From positions 390,570 to 454,569 of the forward strand of contig CAWDMN010000059.1 of NCBI GenBank assembly GCA_963803155.1: a DNA stretch of 64,000 nt, read 5' to 3'. Positions 29,648 through 40,565 of this stretch are shown piece after piece. The first letter of the stretch is position 1. Each line of letters begins with the position of its first letter. The position numbers and the translations under genes were made by a program. The stretch is from an uncultured Acidobacteriota bacterium. Its GTDB lineage: Bacteria > Acidobacteriota > Terriglobia > Versatilivoradales > Versatilivoraceae. Below the pieces are notes generated by a model, which had not been told where the DNA came from, did not search any database, and saw nothing but the letters and a program-made list of their open reading frames with translations.

Positions 29648-31708
29648 TTATCGAAGCAAGAAATAGCCGGTTAAAATCAGAATCCCGGCAATAGTCATGG
29701 CGGCATAATTCTGTACCCGCCCGGTCTGGATCCAGCGAAATGGATAACTCAGATAATAAATGAGGTCCGAGCGCCGAACCGTAAAATCCACCACCCAATA
29801 ATCAAAAAAGTTGGAAATTAAGGCCAGCGTGCGGGTCATCCAGGCCGATCCGTTTACTCCGCCGTCGATCACTCCCAAATCAAAACGAGCCAGTTTGGTC
29901 CCCAGACCCTTGATCCGATTGATAAAAAGAGTATCGTACAATTCATCAATCCAATATTTGTTGAAGAGGGTGGTATAAATTCCTTCGAACCCGGCTGCCA
30001 GCTTGTCTGGAAGGGATTTGTCTTTCCAATAAAAGACATAGGCAACATAGAGCCCGGCGATCGCTATCGAGACTGAGAGAACCATGAGCAGCCACATCAT
30101 GGCCACTTCGCTCCACCCGGCCCAACGCCCCTCCCCCAAATGAACCGGGCTTTCGAATACCGGTTCAAGGAATCCTTCAAACTGGTTGGAGAGATAAAAA
30201 ACGCTAGGAATCCCCACCCACCCGGCAGCCACCGCTCCGACAGCCAGAATCCTGAGCGGGATAGTCATGGAAGCGGGAGATTCGTGAATGTGGTGTTCCG
30301 CTTCAGGGGAGACCCGCGATTCGCCGTGAAACGTGAGGAACATCAGCCGGAACATGTAAAACGAAGTCATCCCCGCCGCGGAAAAAGCCATGAGCCAGAT
30401 GAGCCAATGGCTCAACGGGCTGTCGGCGGATTTCCAGAGGATCTCGTCCTTGCTAAAAAATCCAGAGAGGGGGAAAAATCCCGCGATGGCCAAAGTGCCT
30501 GCCATCATGGTCCACCAGGTGGTAGGGATTTTTTTCCAGAGTCCTCCCATCTTTTGTATATCCTGCTCCCCGCTCATGGCATGAATGACGCTTCCGGCGC
30601 CAAGAAATAGGAGGGCTTTAAAAAAAGCATGAGTCATCAGATGGAAAATCCCGGCAGTAAAAGCTCCCACGCCACATCCTAAAAACATGTAACCCAATTG
30701 GCTGACTGTGGAGTAGGCCAGGATTTTCTTTATGTCGTTTTGAACCAAACCAATGGTGGCGGCAAATATGGCGGTAAGAGAACCGATGGTCGCAACAGTC
30801 AGCATGGCCATCGGCGCCGCCATGAAAAGGGCGTTGCAACGGGCCACCATGTATACCCCGGCTGTAACCATGGTAGCCGCATGAATTAAGGCGCTGACGG
30901 GGGTTGGGCCTTCCATGGCATCGGGAAGCCAGACATAGAGAGGGATCTGAGCAGATTTGCCGCACGCCCCCAAAAAAAGTAGAAGACAGATAATCGTAAG
31001 AATTCCATCCCCCACCTGGATGGCGCCGGAAGCTATCTGGGAATTTGCAGAGCGAAAAACCGTCGTAAAATCCAAGGAGCCGAATTTCGTGAAGATCAAA
31101 AACATGCCGAGCATGAATCCAAAATCACCCACCCGGTTAACCACAAAGGCTTTTTTCCCGGCGTCGGCAGCACTCTTCTTATGAAAATAAAAACCGATCA
31201 GCAGATAAGAGCAGAGGCCCACCCCTTCCCAACCCACAAACATTGCCACAAAATTATCGGCTAGAACCAGGGTCAGCATGGAAAACATGAAGAGATTGAG
31301 GTAGGAAAAATAACGATAGTAACCTCCCTCATGAGCCATGTAGCCGGTGGAGTAAATATGAATCAAGAGGCCAATGCCGGTCACCACCAAGATCATGACC
31401 GCGGAAAGAGGATCAAGCTGGAATCCCCAGCTGATTGAGAAAGGTGCAATCGTACCGCCCCGCAACTCCCCCATTCCAGCGGGAATCCAGTTAAAAAGAT
31501 CCACTTTATAAAGGCGCTCATGTTCCGGCAATCCGGTCAGCTGCAATACGGCGGCAAGCGAAAGCAAAAAGGCAAGCCCAACCAAACCGCAGGCAATAAA
31601 GTCGATGGTGCGCTTGGACAATTTTCTTCCCAAGATTCCATTAACCAATGCACCTAGGGCCGGCAAGAGAGGAATCAACCAAATAAAGTGGAGAAAGTTC
31701 ATATCCAT
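29648..31708 (-). CDS. nuoL: NADH-quinone oxidoreductase subunit L (antiporter-like, with long C-terminal lateral helix region)
   Basis: A 686-aa protein. The segment WLPDAMEGPTPVSALIHAATMVTAGVYM and the C-terminal extension are typical of NuoL/ND5. Confidence 0.9.
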   Translation of the reverse strand: MDMNFLHFIWLIPLLPALGALVNGILGRKLSKRTIDFIACGLVGLAFLLSLAAVLQLTGLPEHERLYKVDLFNWIPAGMGELRGGTIAPFSISWGFQLDPLSAVMILVVTGIGLLIHIYSTGYMAHEGGYYRYFSYLNLFMFSMLTLVLADNFVAMFVGWEGVGLCSYLLIGFYFHKKSAADAGKKAFVVNRVGDFGFMLGMFLIFTKFGSLDFTTVFRSANSQIASGAIQVGDGILTIICLLLFLGACGKSAQIPLYVWLPDAMEGPTPVSALIHAATMVTAGVYMVARCNALFMAAPMAMLTVATIGSLTAIFAATIGLVQNDIKKILAYSTVSQLGYMFLGCGVGAFTAGIFHLMTHAFFKALLFLGAGSVIHAMSGEQDIQKMGGLWKKIPTTWWTMMAGTLAIAGFFPLSGFFSKDEILWKSADSPLSHWLIWLMAFSAAGMTSFYMFRLMFLTFHGESRVSPEAEHHIHESPASMTIPLRILAVGAVAAGWVGIPSVFYLSNQFEGFLEPVFESPVHLGEGRWAGWSEVAMMWLLMVLSVSIAIAGLYVAYVFYWKDKSLPDKLAAGFEGIYTTLFNKYWIDELYDTLFINRIKGLGTKLARFDLGVIDGGVNGSAWMTRTLALISNFFDYWVVDFTVRRSDLIYYLSYPFRWIQTGRVQNYAAMTIAGILILTGYFLLR

Positions 31709-32368
31709 TCATTCCCGTGCGAGATAAGTTCGTGTCAGGCAGTTCACTCAGGGTGGTCCCGCTAAAAAAGGAATATATGACTCTACAGGCAGGAATTCAT
31801 TCACCCGACTTACGGTCAAGTTAATATTATTACCGTACGTCAGGTCTAAGGCAAAAAGCCGCACACAGATTTAAAAAGATACAGGAAGCTCTCTCCAAGG
31901 ACAAGATTTTTCTGATTTCAGCGTTTCCGAACATTGGCCGACTATACAAGCGATACTTCGTCTCGGATATTAGGGACTTGCCGTCTCCCATTCCAAAAAT
32001 TGACGCAAAATCGTCGACTTTTGCCGCTCACTCACCCTAGCTCAAGGTTCCTTCCCACCAGTCGCGGAGAACGGATTCATTGGAGCTGCACAATCTGTGT
32101 GCAATTTGCTAGATTCCCAAACAGATTGTCGGGATTCCACAAATTCAGACCGATTTTTCAACAGAGTTTTCCACCGAATCTGTGCAAAAGTGGTTCCACA
32201 CCAGGAATCCATTATGCTCCAAAAACATCGGTGGGGACTTCCCCTTAATTGTCGGCTAACATAACCGGTCAACTTCAGGTTGGCTGGACTAAAATGCCAG
32301 CGGCATGATGAATACTGACTATTTCCATCCTCGGCTTTTTGGCGGTTTTGATTCAGAGATCAATCGAT

Positions 32369-32417
32369 AAAAAAGCCGCCAGCCGATCCAAATATCGGAT
32401 CAGCCGGCGGCTTTTAT
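32369..32417. terminator. bidirectional-type terminator hairpin downstream of the ROK kinase gene
   Basis: AAAAAA-GCCGCCAGCCGATCC...GGATCAGCCGGCGGC-TTTTAT (15-bp stem, 2 mismatches). On the minus strand it is followed by a run of six T. Confidence 0.6.
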
Positions 32418-32452
32418 GAACCGGCAAAACATCTCTTCATCGCCTTTTGTGG

Positions 32453-33403
32453 TCAAAAGGCCAGATAAGCGGCTCCGAAAATCCCCGCTTGATTGCCCAG
32501 GCTGGATTTAAGGATTCGACGCGGATCACGGGCATAAATGTAGGAACGCTTTTTAACCTCTTCAAACATGCTGGGAGCAAAAGCGTCCCAAGCATCCACG
32601 GCGCCACCGCCCAACACAAAAGTATCGATATCGAGCGTATTGATAAAATTGCCAATGGCAATCCCCAAAGCAATTCCCACTCCTTCGTAAATCCGCTTCG
32701 AGGAGGAATCCCCCCGTGCCGCCAAACGATAGATGATGGCAGAGGTGAGTTCTCCATTTTTTGCCGCGGCATCTTTCAAGCCAGCGCTGGCCTGTCCAGA
32801 TTCCAACAACTCTTGCGCCGACCGGACTACTCCGGTGGCCGAGGCATAAGATTCCAGACATCCATGATTGCCGCAATTACAAGATCGTCCGTCCGCATAA
32901 ATTGTGGTGTGTCCCAATTCGGCGGCCATTCCGATCTTGCCGTGCCAGATTTTTCCGTCAAGAATCAAACCTCCGCCCACCCCGGTCCCGAGCGTCAAAA
33001 AGCAGAGGTCATCCACATCTTTCCCTGAACCCATCCATTTTTCGCCCAAAGCCGCGGCATTGGCATCGTTTTCCAGGAAGATCGGGCTGTTGATTTTCCG
33101 CATGATTTGAGCATGGATATGGTAATTCTCCCATCCGGGAAAATTGGGGGAAAAAACCAGAATTCCTTCCTTCATATTGATAATCCCCGGAATTCCCACT
33201 CCAATCCCAGCCAGTTCATAAGAAGATTTCCACCGTTCAGCGAGTTCCAGAATTCCGTTGCAGAGCCGGTCAACTACGTCTTCCCTGCCCCGTTCCCGCA
33301 GCGTGGGAATACTGATTTGTTCAATCTGATTCCCCTGCTCATCCAGAGCCGCCACGCGAAGATTAGTTCCGCCTAAATCTACACCCACGGCAAATCGCTT
33401 CAT
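32453..33403 (-). CDS. ROK family glucokinase
   Basis: N-terminal ATP-binding motif VGVDLGGTN and the ROK zinc motif CNCGNHGCLESYAS. Confidence 0.85.
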   Translation of the reverse strand: MKRFAVGVDLGGTNLRVAALDEQGNQIEQISIPTLRERGREDVVDRLCNGILELAERWKSSYELAGIGVGIPGIINMKEGILVFSPNFPGWENYHIHAQIMRKINSPIFLENDANAAALGEKWMGSGKDVDDLCFLTLGTGVGGGLILDGKIWHGKIGMAAELGHTTIYADGRSCNCGNHGCLESYASATGVVRSAQELLESGQASAGLKDAAAKNGELTSAIIYRLAARGDSSSKRIYEGVGIALGIAIGNFINTLDIDTFVLGGGAVDAWDAFAPSMFEEVKKRSYIYARDPRRILKSSLGNQAGIFGAAYLAF

Positions 33404-33553
33404 TTCAAAACCCCAGTTTGAGATTTTAGTTCATCCCGCCGAAACCCCTGGCAAGAGGCTAATCTTGCCACTCGCCCCCATTAATCCGCAAGTATTTTTT
33501 GAATCGGGTGGATCCTCCAAAGGAAAAACCGTGAAGGGATCCATGACAAATCG

Positions 33554-34483
33554 TCAAATTCCGGAAAACCCTTTTAGCGGCTTTAAGAATTTGAAAAACT
33601 CCTGGATCTGATCGTCCCAAAAATCCCAACTGTGAACTCGCGGCGAAATTTCCCGATACTCGTAAGCAATTTTCTTTTTCGACAAGAGATCGACGAAGGC
33701 CCGATTTTGATCCAACAGGAAGTCCTGGCCGCCACAGGCAATGTAAAGGGCGGGCATTTGCGGCATGGGCACTTTTTCGAGAAGAAGAAAAGGATCCCGT
33801 TCCTGGCGCGCCGCGGATCCTTTGGGACCCAATAAGGCCTGCAAAGGTTTTTCCCATTGTCTGTCCGGTTTTGCCAGCTCTTCTTCACTGGGAGGATCAT
33901 TATGCGGGAATGCCACGGCCCCGCTGAAGCAGCCGATCGCGGCAAATTGATCGAAGTGTTTCAGCCCAAGAAAGACGGCGCCATATCCCCCCATGGATAA
34001 GCCAGCCACGGCGCGGGAACGGGGAAGCGGAATGGTGCGGAAGTGTCCGTCAACAAAAGGAACCAGGTCTTTGATGATCATGTCCTCAAAGCGGGCCTTG
34101 GGGTCCGCCGCGCTGTTGGCGTAAAAGCTGCGCCCGGCGTCTGGCATGACGACAATCAATTTCATTTTTTGCGCATAGCCCGAGAGATTGGTCATCAGGG
34201 ACCAAGCCGTGTGTTTGTCTCCCAGCCCGTGCAAAAGGTAAAGGACCGGATATCGTTCGGTGGACGCTTCGTAATCAAGAGGAAGCAGGATATTGACGAA
34301 GCGTTTTTCATTTAAGGAGGGACTGTCGAATTGGAGGGTCCGGATATTTTTGCCCGCCACCCCATCATCGACTTCGGCTGCAAAGGAGACTCCAGTTCCT
34401 CCAGCAAATACGAACCCTAATCCTACAACACACAGCAGCTGAAGCCAAAAAAGCCTGCACCACGGATTTCGATTCATTGGCAT
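33554..34483 (-). CDS. secreted alpha/beta-hydrolase esterase (putative esterase family)
   Basis: Signal peptide, nucleophile elbow GLSMGGYGA, and the early motif VLYLLHGLGD. Confidence 0.8.
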   Translation of the reverse strand: MPMNRNPWCRLFWLQLLCVVGLGFVFAGGTGVSFAAEVDDGVAGKNIRTLQFDSPSLNEKRFVNILLPLDYEASTERYPVLYLLHGLGDKHTAWSLMTNLSGYAQKMKLIVVMPDAGRSFYANSAADPKARFEDMIIKDLVPFVDGHFRTIPLPRSRAVAGLSMGGYGAVFLGLKHFDQFAAIGCFSGAVAFPHNDPPSEEELAKPDRQWEKPLQALLGPKGSAARQERDPFLLLEKVPMPQMPALYIACGGQDFLLDQNRAFVDLLSKKKIAYEYREISPRVHSWDFWDDQIQEFFKFLKPLKGFSGI

Positions 34484-35543
34484 GACGAATAAAATCCTTT
34501 CATCTGAAGATTTTCCTGCCGCTTAATTTAATGATCTGAAGATTGGCAAGCCTCCCGCCAAAATGTTGATCAATTTAACATGCCCCGCGGCATTTTCCTA
34601 AAAAAACTGAATTCGACAAGGCCTGGCCTAATTATTCATCCGGTTCATGATTTTCATTTATGAAGGCAAGAGGTTCGGGTTCTTCATCAGGAAAAATCAG
34701 CCGGCTTTATCTGTAATCTGGATTTTGCCCTCTCTTGGCAATGCCGATAGAGACCTATGAAAGGAAAGCTCCCTATGACGGCCGCAGCACAAGAGGACAA
34801 AAATAATGGGGGTGGGAAGCGCAAGTGAGACGAAGTCACCCGTCGCGAGTCGCATGGCCAGCTTCGCTTGCCGATCCAGCGGTCACACATGCCCGCTCCA
34901 CCTTTGCCTGGCTGGAATTTTCTTCGATTATGATGCCTTATTGGCTGCATGGCCTGTTAAAATCCGTTGTCCTGGTCTGAAGCAACAAGAAGGCCCAAAG
35001 CCTGAACGGATATTGATAGGATAATCATTTGATCCAGTGGTTGTAACCCGTGCGGTGTGGATGGAGTAATGATGCAGAGGCGCATCATCTGGCGGATTTG
35101 GTCCAAGATTTTCACAATAGAATCTTGACTCATCATGTGCAAATCCCTTGGAATGCTTTTACCATAACTTTATGCCTTAATTTCGACGCAGGGCACATTT
35201 GCCTTTCAATCAAAGATTGGGATAATCAAATAGCCACGGATGAACTCGGATGAAACGCGGATAAAGACAAATCCCGAATGCCATTTCATCCGCGCAAATC
35301 CGCGTCAATTCGCGGCTAAAAATTTAAACACGAGAATTGGAGCTGACAACATTATCGGCAAACACGGTGAATCGGAAACAATTCCCAACCACGCGGCTCC
35401 AGTGGGCCAGCCACGCTGGCGCTCCGGCTGGCCTGTGAGCGGATTCGTGGAGCGACACAATTCAATGTCCATCAATCCATGGAAACGGCAAAGTCAATAA
35501 TCATCTGTCTCTAAATTTTTACTATAGGCGAAGGAGAACTACG

Positions 35544-35915
35544 ATGAAAAACAATCCCGTTGGCTGGTTTGAAATCTATGTGCAAGACCTCGAACGAGCG
35601 AAGATTTTTTACGAATCAGTCTTTCAACTCAAGTTGGAAAAGCTAAACAGCCCAGGAGTGGAAATATGGGCCTTCCCAATGGATATGAACCGTTGGGGTG
35701 CGGGCGGAGCCTTGGTCAAAATGGATGGCGTCTCCTCTGGTGGCAACAGCACCTTGGTTTACTTCAGTTGTGAAGATTGCTCAATTGAGGAAAGCCGTGC
35801 CGTAAAATTCGGAGGACGTATTCAGCGAAACAAAATGTCCATTGGTCAGTACGGCTTCATCTCCTTGGTCTTTGACACCGAAGGAAATATGGTTGGCCTG
35901 CACTCATTGCAATAA
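35544..35915 (+). CDS. VOC (glyoxalase/bleomycin-resistance fold) family protein
   Basis: A 123-aa protein. WFEIYVQDLERAKIFYESVF and GNMVGLHS are typical of the small VOC family. The RBS GAAGGAG lies upstream. Confidence 0.8.
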   Translation: MKNNPVGWFEIYVQDLERAKIFYESVFQLKLEKLNSPGVEIWAFPMDMNRWGAGGALVKMDGVSSGGNSTLVYFSCEDCSIEESRAVKFGGRIQRNKMSIGQYGFISLVFDTEGNMVGLHSLQ

Positions 35916-36268
35916 ACCTTAGCCCCCCAACCCATCGTTCCGGCGCAGGGCTGCAAGCGGCGCTTCGCACTTCTGGCAGCCATCCGCTGAACTCAAATTA
36001 TGGACTAAGCCGCTGACGCGGCAAAAGGCAAAGCCAATTCAAGGGATCGGCTCCGCTTTTTTATTTTTGGAAATACGAGTTCCATCCGAAAAGGCTGGAT
36101 GAGAGTCTTGACGCACTCTCTGATCCCATTTGAGAGGAGACTCGTATGACTGGCATGCGCCAGCGCTGAGGTCGCCTCAATCCTTAGGGTTTTTGACAAT
36201 TGTGTGCCGCTCTATGCGAGCTGGCATTTGGCCGCTGTCACAGTCCGCTGTTCGCCGTCCACTACGCT

Positions 36269-38743
36269 CTACTCCCAGCGCAAAACTTCTATCGGATCGA
36301 TACGGCTGGCACGGCGAGCGGGCAGATAAGAGGCCGCCAGGACCGTCACGAAGAATACGATGGTGACAATCGCATAGGTCATCGGATCAGTGGGCGTGAC
36401 ATGAAACAGATGATGGGAGATTAGCCTGGTGACAGCCCAGGAACCGGCTAGGCCCACCCCCACGCCAGCGGCCGTCAGCCCAAGGGATTGGCCGAGGACC
36501 ATCCGCAGGATATCGCGCTGCTCAGCACCCATGGCGATTCGGATTCCCATCTCCCGCGCATGCTGGGTTACAAACGAGGAGAGCGATGCATAAAGGCCCG
36601 ACAAGCTCAAAACCAGCGCCAGCAAGGCCATCCCATTTGCCAACAACAAGCTTAATTGCTTTTCCGCAATTTTCGCGGTCAAATCCTGACGAAGCGTTGT
36701 GATTTGAACCGCAGTCAGCCGAGGATCGAAAGCCGCGAGGTTAGCCTTGAGATTTTTTATGAAAGACTCTGGTTTGACGCCAGTCTTCAAAATCAATGTA
36801 TACTCCGTCTGCAATGCATCCTGGTATAGCGGATAATACATCTGGTTCCCTATGGAGGCTCTCGCGTAGCTTTCACGGATATTCGGCGCTACACCCACCA
36901 CCATGTAATGCTTGGCCTCGATTTTGATTTGCGATCCAATGGGATCTTTTGTTCCCCAAAAGCGTTCGGCCATCGATTCATTAATGATGGCGACTAATGG
37001 AGCATTCAGCCGGTCCGCGAAAGTGAACTCTCTCCCCCGCCGCAATCCAGCCCCGAGCGTATTAAAGTACCCTGGGGTAATCGGCTTGCCCAGGATGGTG
37101 GCATCAGGCCCCAACTCAATCCCATTGACGCTTGCGGCTCCTCCCGCCAGATTAGTGCCAAAGGTCAGGGGCGAGTCTTCACCCAAACAGACCCCCGTGA
37201 CGCCGGGCAGCTTTTCGAAGTGCTCCAGCAAATGTGCGTAATAGTCGGTTTTCCCTTCAACCGCGGGAATATGTTCCTCCTCTGTAAATGCGAGCCGCGC
37301 CGTAATCAGGTTGTTCGTGTCGATTCCGTAATCCACATTCGCAATCTCAATCATGCTGCGCACCAGCAGCCCAGCACCAACGAGCAATACCATGGAGATG
37401 GCAATCTCGCCAAAAACCAGCATTTTTTGTAGGCGGCGTTTGCTTCGGCTGGTGGAAATCTGGCTGCTTGATTCTTTGAGTGAATTGTTAATGTGCACTC
37501 GAGAGACTTGCCAGGCGGGAATTAAGCCAAAAATCACTCCGGTTAATAATGACAAGACCAGAGTGTATAACAGCACAGTGAGATCAAGGTTGAAACGGTA
37601 GGCATGATCGAGGGCATTGTGGCCGAAAAAATCAATCAGCGCGTATATCCACTTTGCCACCAGAATGCCAGCGCCCCCACCAAGCAAACCTAAGAGGAGA
37701 CTCTCGACCAGTAGTTGCCGTATAAGCCGCAATCGGCTGGCTCCCAGCACAACCCGCACGGCCATCTCTTTTTCCCGTTGCAGTGCTTTGGCCAGCAGCA
37801 GGTTTGTCACATTGGCGCAAATGATGATGGAAATCAGACCAATCGCCAGAAACAATAAAAGAGGCGATTCATTGGCACCCTGGAGGTCTTTAGGCGCCGG
37901 TCCGGAAAGATCGTTCACATAAAAGGAACTCTCCCGGGCGTTCTCCATTCCCTGCGCCCGGAATCCGCTGGCTATCCGCGACATCTCCTGCTGGGCTTGC
38001 TGAGGGGTAATCCCCGGCTTGAGCCAAGCCAGGTTGTTGGAAATTGATTTGGAAGTCAGCGACTTTCCACCGCCAAAGCCAATCATGCCCCCCATGAAAT
38101 TTTCTCTGCGCCAGGGGGCAATTAACTGTTGCATGTTGGATTTATTGGCTATGGCAGTACAATCAAGGCCCGGCAGGCAAAAACCCGAGGGAAGGACTCC
38201 GGCAATGGTGTAGCTGAATTTGCCAACTGGCAGCGATTTACCGAGAACATCCTTGCTGCCGCCATATTCTTTTTGCCATAACGAATAGGGAAGCATTACC
38301 ACCAAGCTGCCGCCAGGCGCATAATCTTCAGGCAGAAAGACGCGCCCCACGGTCGGTTTCACATCCAAACCGCGAAGGGTATCTTTGGAGACCTGCCAAA
38401 TTGCCAACGTCACTCGCTCGCGCCCATTGCGTAAAGCTCCAAACAATTGAGGGGACCAGTAAGCCATCTTTTCAAAAACATGGTTCTGCTTTTCAATTTC
38501 CGGCAATTGTTCGGTCTGGAGACTCATATAATTCTTGTATTTCTCGTTGCGGCTGAAGATGGAAACCAGTCGAGCCGTTTCTTTATAAGGCAGCGGTTTG
38601 ACCAATAGAATGTTCAAATAACTAAAAATAGCGCAATTGGCGCCAATCCCGAGCGCCAATACAAAAATAATCACCGTGGTCTGGAAGGGGTTTTTCCGCA
38701 TCATGCGCCCAGCCAGCTTCAAATCAATAATGATGCTTTTCAT
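36269..38743 (-). CDS. duplicated FtsX/MacB-type ABC permease without an adjacent ATPase (ADOP-type)
   Basis: An 824-aa protein from the ATG at 38743 (RBS GGAGGA). It has two FtsX four-helix modules, each preceded by a MacB-like periplasmic domain. No ABC ATPase gene is nearby. Confidence 0.85.
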   Translation of the reverse strand: MKSIIIDLKLAGRMMRKNPFQTTVIIFVLALGIGANCAIFSYLNILLVKPLPYKETARLVSIFSRNEKYKNYMSLQTEQLPEIEKQNHVFEKMAYWSPQLFGALRNGRERVTLAIWQVSKDTLRGLDVKPTVGRVFLPEDYAPGGSLVVMLPYSLWQKEYGGSKDVLGKSLPVGKFSYTIAGVLPSGFCLPGLDCTAIANKSNMQQLIAPWRRENFMGGMIGFGGGKSLTSKSISNNLAWLKPGITPQQAQQEMSRIASGFRAQGMENARESSFYVNDLSGPAPKDLQGANESPLLLFLAIGLISIIICANVTNLLLAKALQREKEMAVRVVLGASRLRLIRQLLVESLLLGLLGGGAGILVAKWIYALIDFFGHNALDHAYRFNLDLTVLLYTLVLSLLTGVIFGLIPAWQVSRVHINNSLKESSSQISTSRSKRRLQKMLVFGEIAISMVLLVGAGLLVRSMIEIANVDYGIDTNNLITARLAFTEEEHIPAVEGKTDYYAHLLEHFEKLPGVTGVCLGEDSPLTFGTNLAGGAASVNGIELGPDATILGKPITPGYFNTLGAGLRRGREFTFADRLNAPLVAIINESMAERFWGTKDPIGSQIKIEAKHYMVVGVAPNIRESYARASIGNQMYYPLYQDALQTEYTLILKTGVKPESFIKNLKANLAAFDPRLTAVQITTLRQDLTAKIAEKQLSLLLANGMALLALVLSLSGLYASLSSFVTQHAREMGIRIAMGAEQRDILRMVLGQSLGLTAAGVGVGLAGSWAVTRLISHHLFHVTPTDPMTYAIVTIVFFVTVLAASYLPARRASRIDPIEVLRWE

Positions 38744-40091
38744 CAAACGGATTCCTCCCCCTATTGGCAATATCGGAATTGCCGGAAATTTTGAATTCAG
38801 ACAAACAAAGAAGGTCAGACAACCCTTCTTTCCATCCTGGCTTTATGCTTCATCCTTTTGTTGCCCTGTCAACAGCACCTCACGCACGAATTTAAAAATC
38901 ACTAAAACTTGACAGCCGATCCTTTATCAAACCGGCAGCAACGGCAAGATAAAATCTATCGTCAAAGGTTCCTTAAACAATCGCAAACCAGATTTCAAAT
39001 TCGGAATTATGATTATCTTCGCCTCAGATAAAAAGGGAGGCGTCAGGCTGGATGGATCTCAACAGCCTGATTAAAGCAATTGAACTACCATTCGGGCACA
39101 AGCGCTTAACCTAATGGTGGCGATTGATTTTTACGTTTGGGCCAGAGAGCTGCCGCAAAAAAAGAAGGGCAGGAATCGTCCGGTTACGGGAATCAATTGT
39201 CCCAGAAATGGACAGAGATTGGCATTCAGGAAGGATTCACAATCTCCACAGAGTTGACGCTTGAGGATCAGGTACTTTCGTTTGGCGGCCCATTCGGAGG
39301 CGGTCGAGGCGTGGCAAACTCGGATTGACCGAATGAATCTCCTCCGCAACTCTTGCGGCCCGGGCTTCGAATACGCCAGGGAGGAGTTCCTCAACTGTCT
39401 AATGCGTGCGGACCACAGCTCTGTAGCAAAGGTCTATTGCTGCATCGCCATCAAGTAAAACGCTCACAAACAAACTCTCGATTTGATTCGGGCCCATGCA
39501 ATAAGTTTGCTCCACCAATCCAGCCCCATTGCGCTCTGCCCGTAAAACCGCAGCATCGGCAAAGGCAATATTAGGCTAATAATGCATTTGCGGGAGGACG
39601 AGCCTTCTGGCGAACTGCCTATTGGTTCCATATTCACCCGCGATGCCTGGCTGAAGCCTCGCCGTATCAGCCGATGTGCTGTGCTACTAGTCAACGCAAC
39701 TGGCTCACCCTGCCGCAATTTAAATTCAACTCCTCGCGGCAACATGAATTGAATTTCCCCAATAATTGTGACATTTTTGAGATTGAATACATTGTTGTGA
39801 GTTGAAAGCAGCCGCCCGACTGACCTTTCGGACCTGCCAGCCTCTATGCATGACTGAGGCTTTCGAAATCAACCTGCTTGGTTCTACTCTCGACTGCCGG
39901 ATGGCAATCCCTTTGACATGGCTTCCCTATCCCCGGAATGGTTGCGGGCTCTTTGACTCGCGGGCACGACTTTTGATAAGGTGTGGACACTGCCAGCCAC
40001 GACCGGCTGTCATGGTTGTCAGCGGTTTCGGCGTTTATGATGCCGTGAGAGTTTATGAGGTTCTTACCATTAAATTGTTTGGCGGAGAAAT

Positions 40092-40565
40092 ATGATCATG
40101 AATAAGAGCGGTTCACTTTCCATTGGCGGATGGTTCATTTTGGTGCTGGTCCTGACGATTTTCCTTGCCGGCCAGTTGCTTGCGGAGGATACCGTGAGCT
40201 TGAAGGTTTATGAGGGATACAACTTTTCGAATAGTGTGGTTACCAAGAGAGACGACAAGAGTGCCGATGTTTCCTTTTTCGTGAACCAGGGGCGGAGTGG
40301 AGCTCTTTCCTTTGCTTTGGGCGCATTGGGAGGCAAGAAAATCAAGGAATTCGGCAAAGAAAAGCCCAACGTCCGGGCACTCTCTCCGCGGGAAGTGAAT
40401 GGGTGGAAGGATTACGTCAATGCTCCGTCGCCGGGATATTATGCCGTGCTGGATGCCTCGGGGAAAAATCTCTATCTCCTCAATGTCCTTTCCTTTAAGA
40501 ACCAGGGGAAGGCCGCTTCTTATTGGGAGTTGACTTTTTCCTGGGTAAAAATTATCACCCCGTGA
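40092..40565 (+). CDS. hypothetical secreted protein
   Basis: A 157-aa protein with a signal-like helix (WFILVLVLTIFLAGQLLA). I recognise no motif. Confidence 0.5.
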   Translation: MIMNKSGSLSIGGWFILVLVLTIFLAGQLLAEDTVSLKVYEGYNFSNSVVTKRDDKSADVSFFVNQGRSGALSFALGALGGKKIKEFGKEKPNVRALSPREVNGWKDYVNAPSPGYYAVLDASGKNLYLLNVLSFKNQGKAASYWELTFSWVKIITP

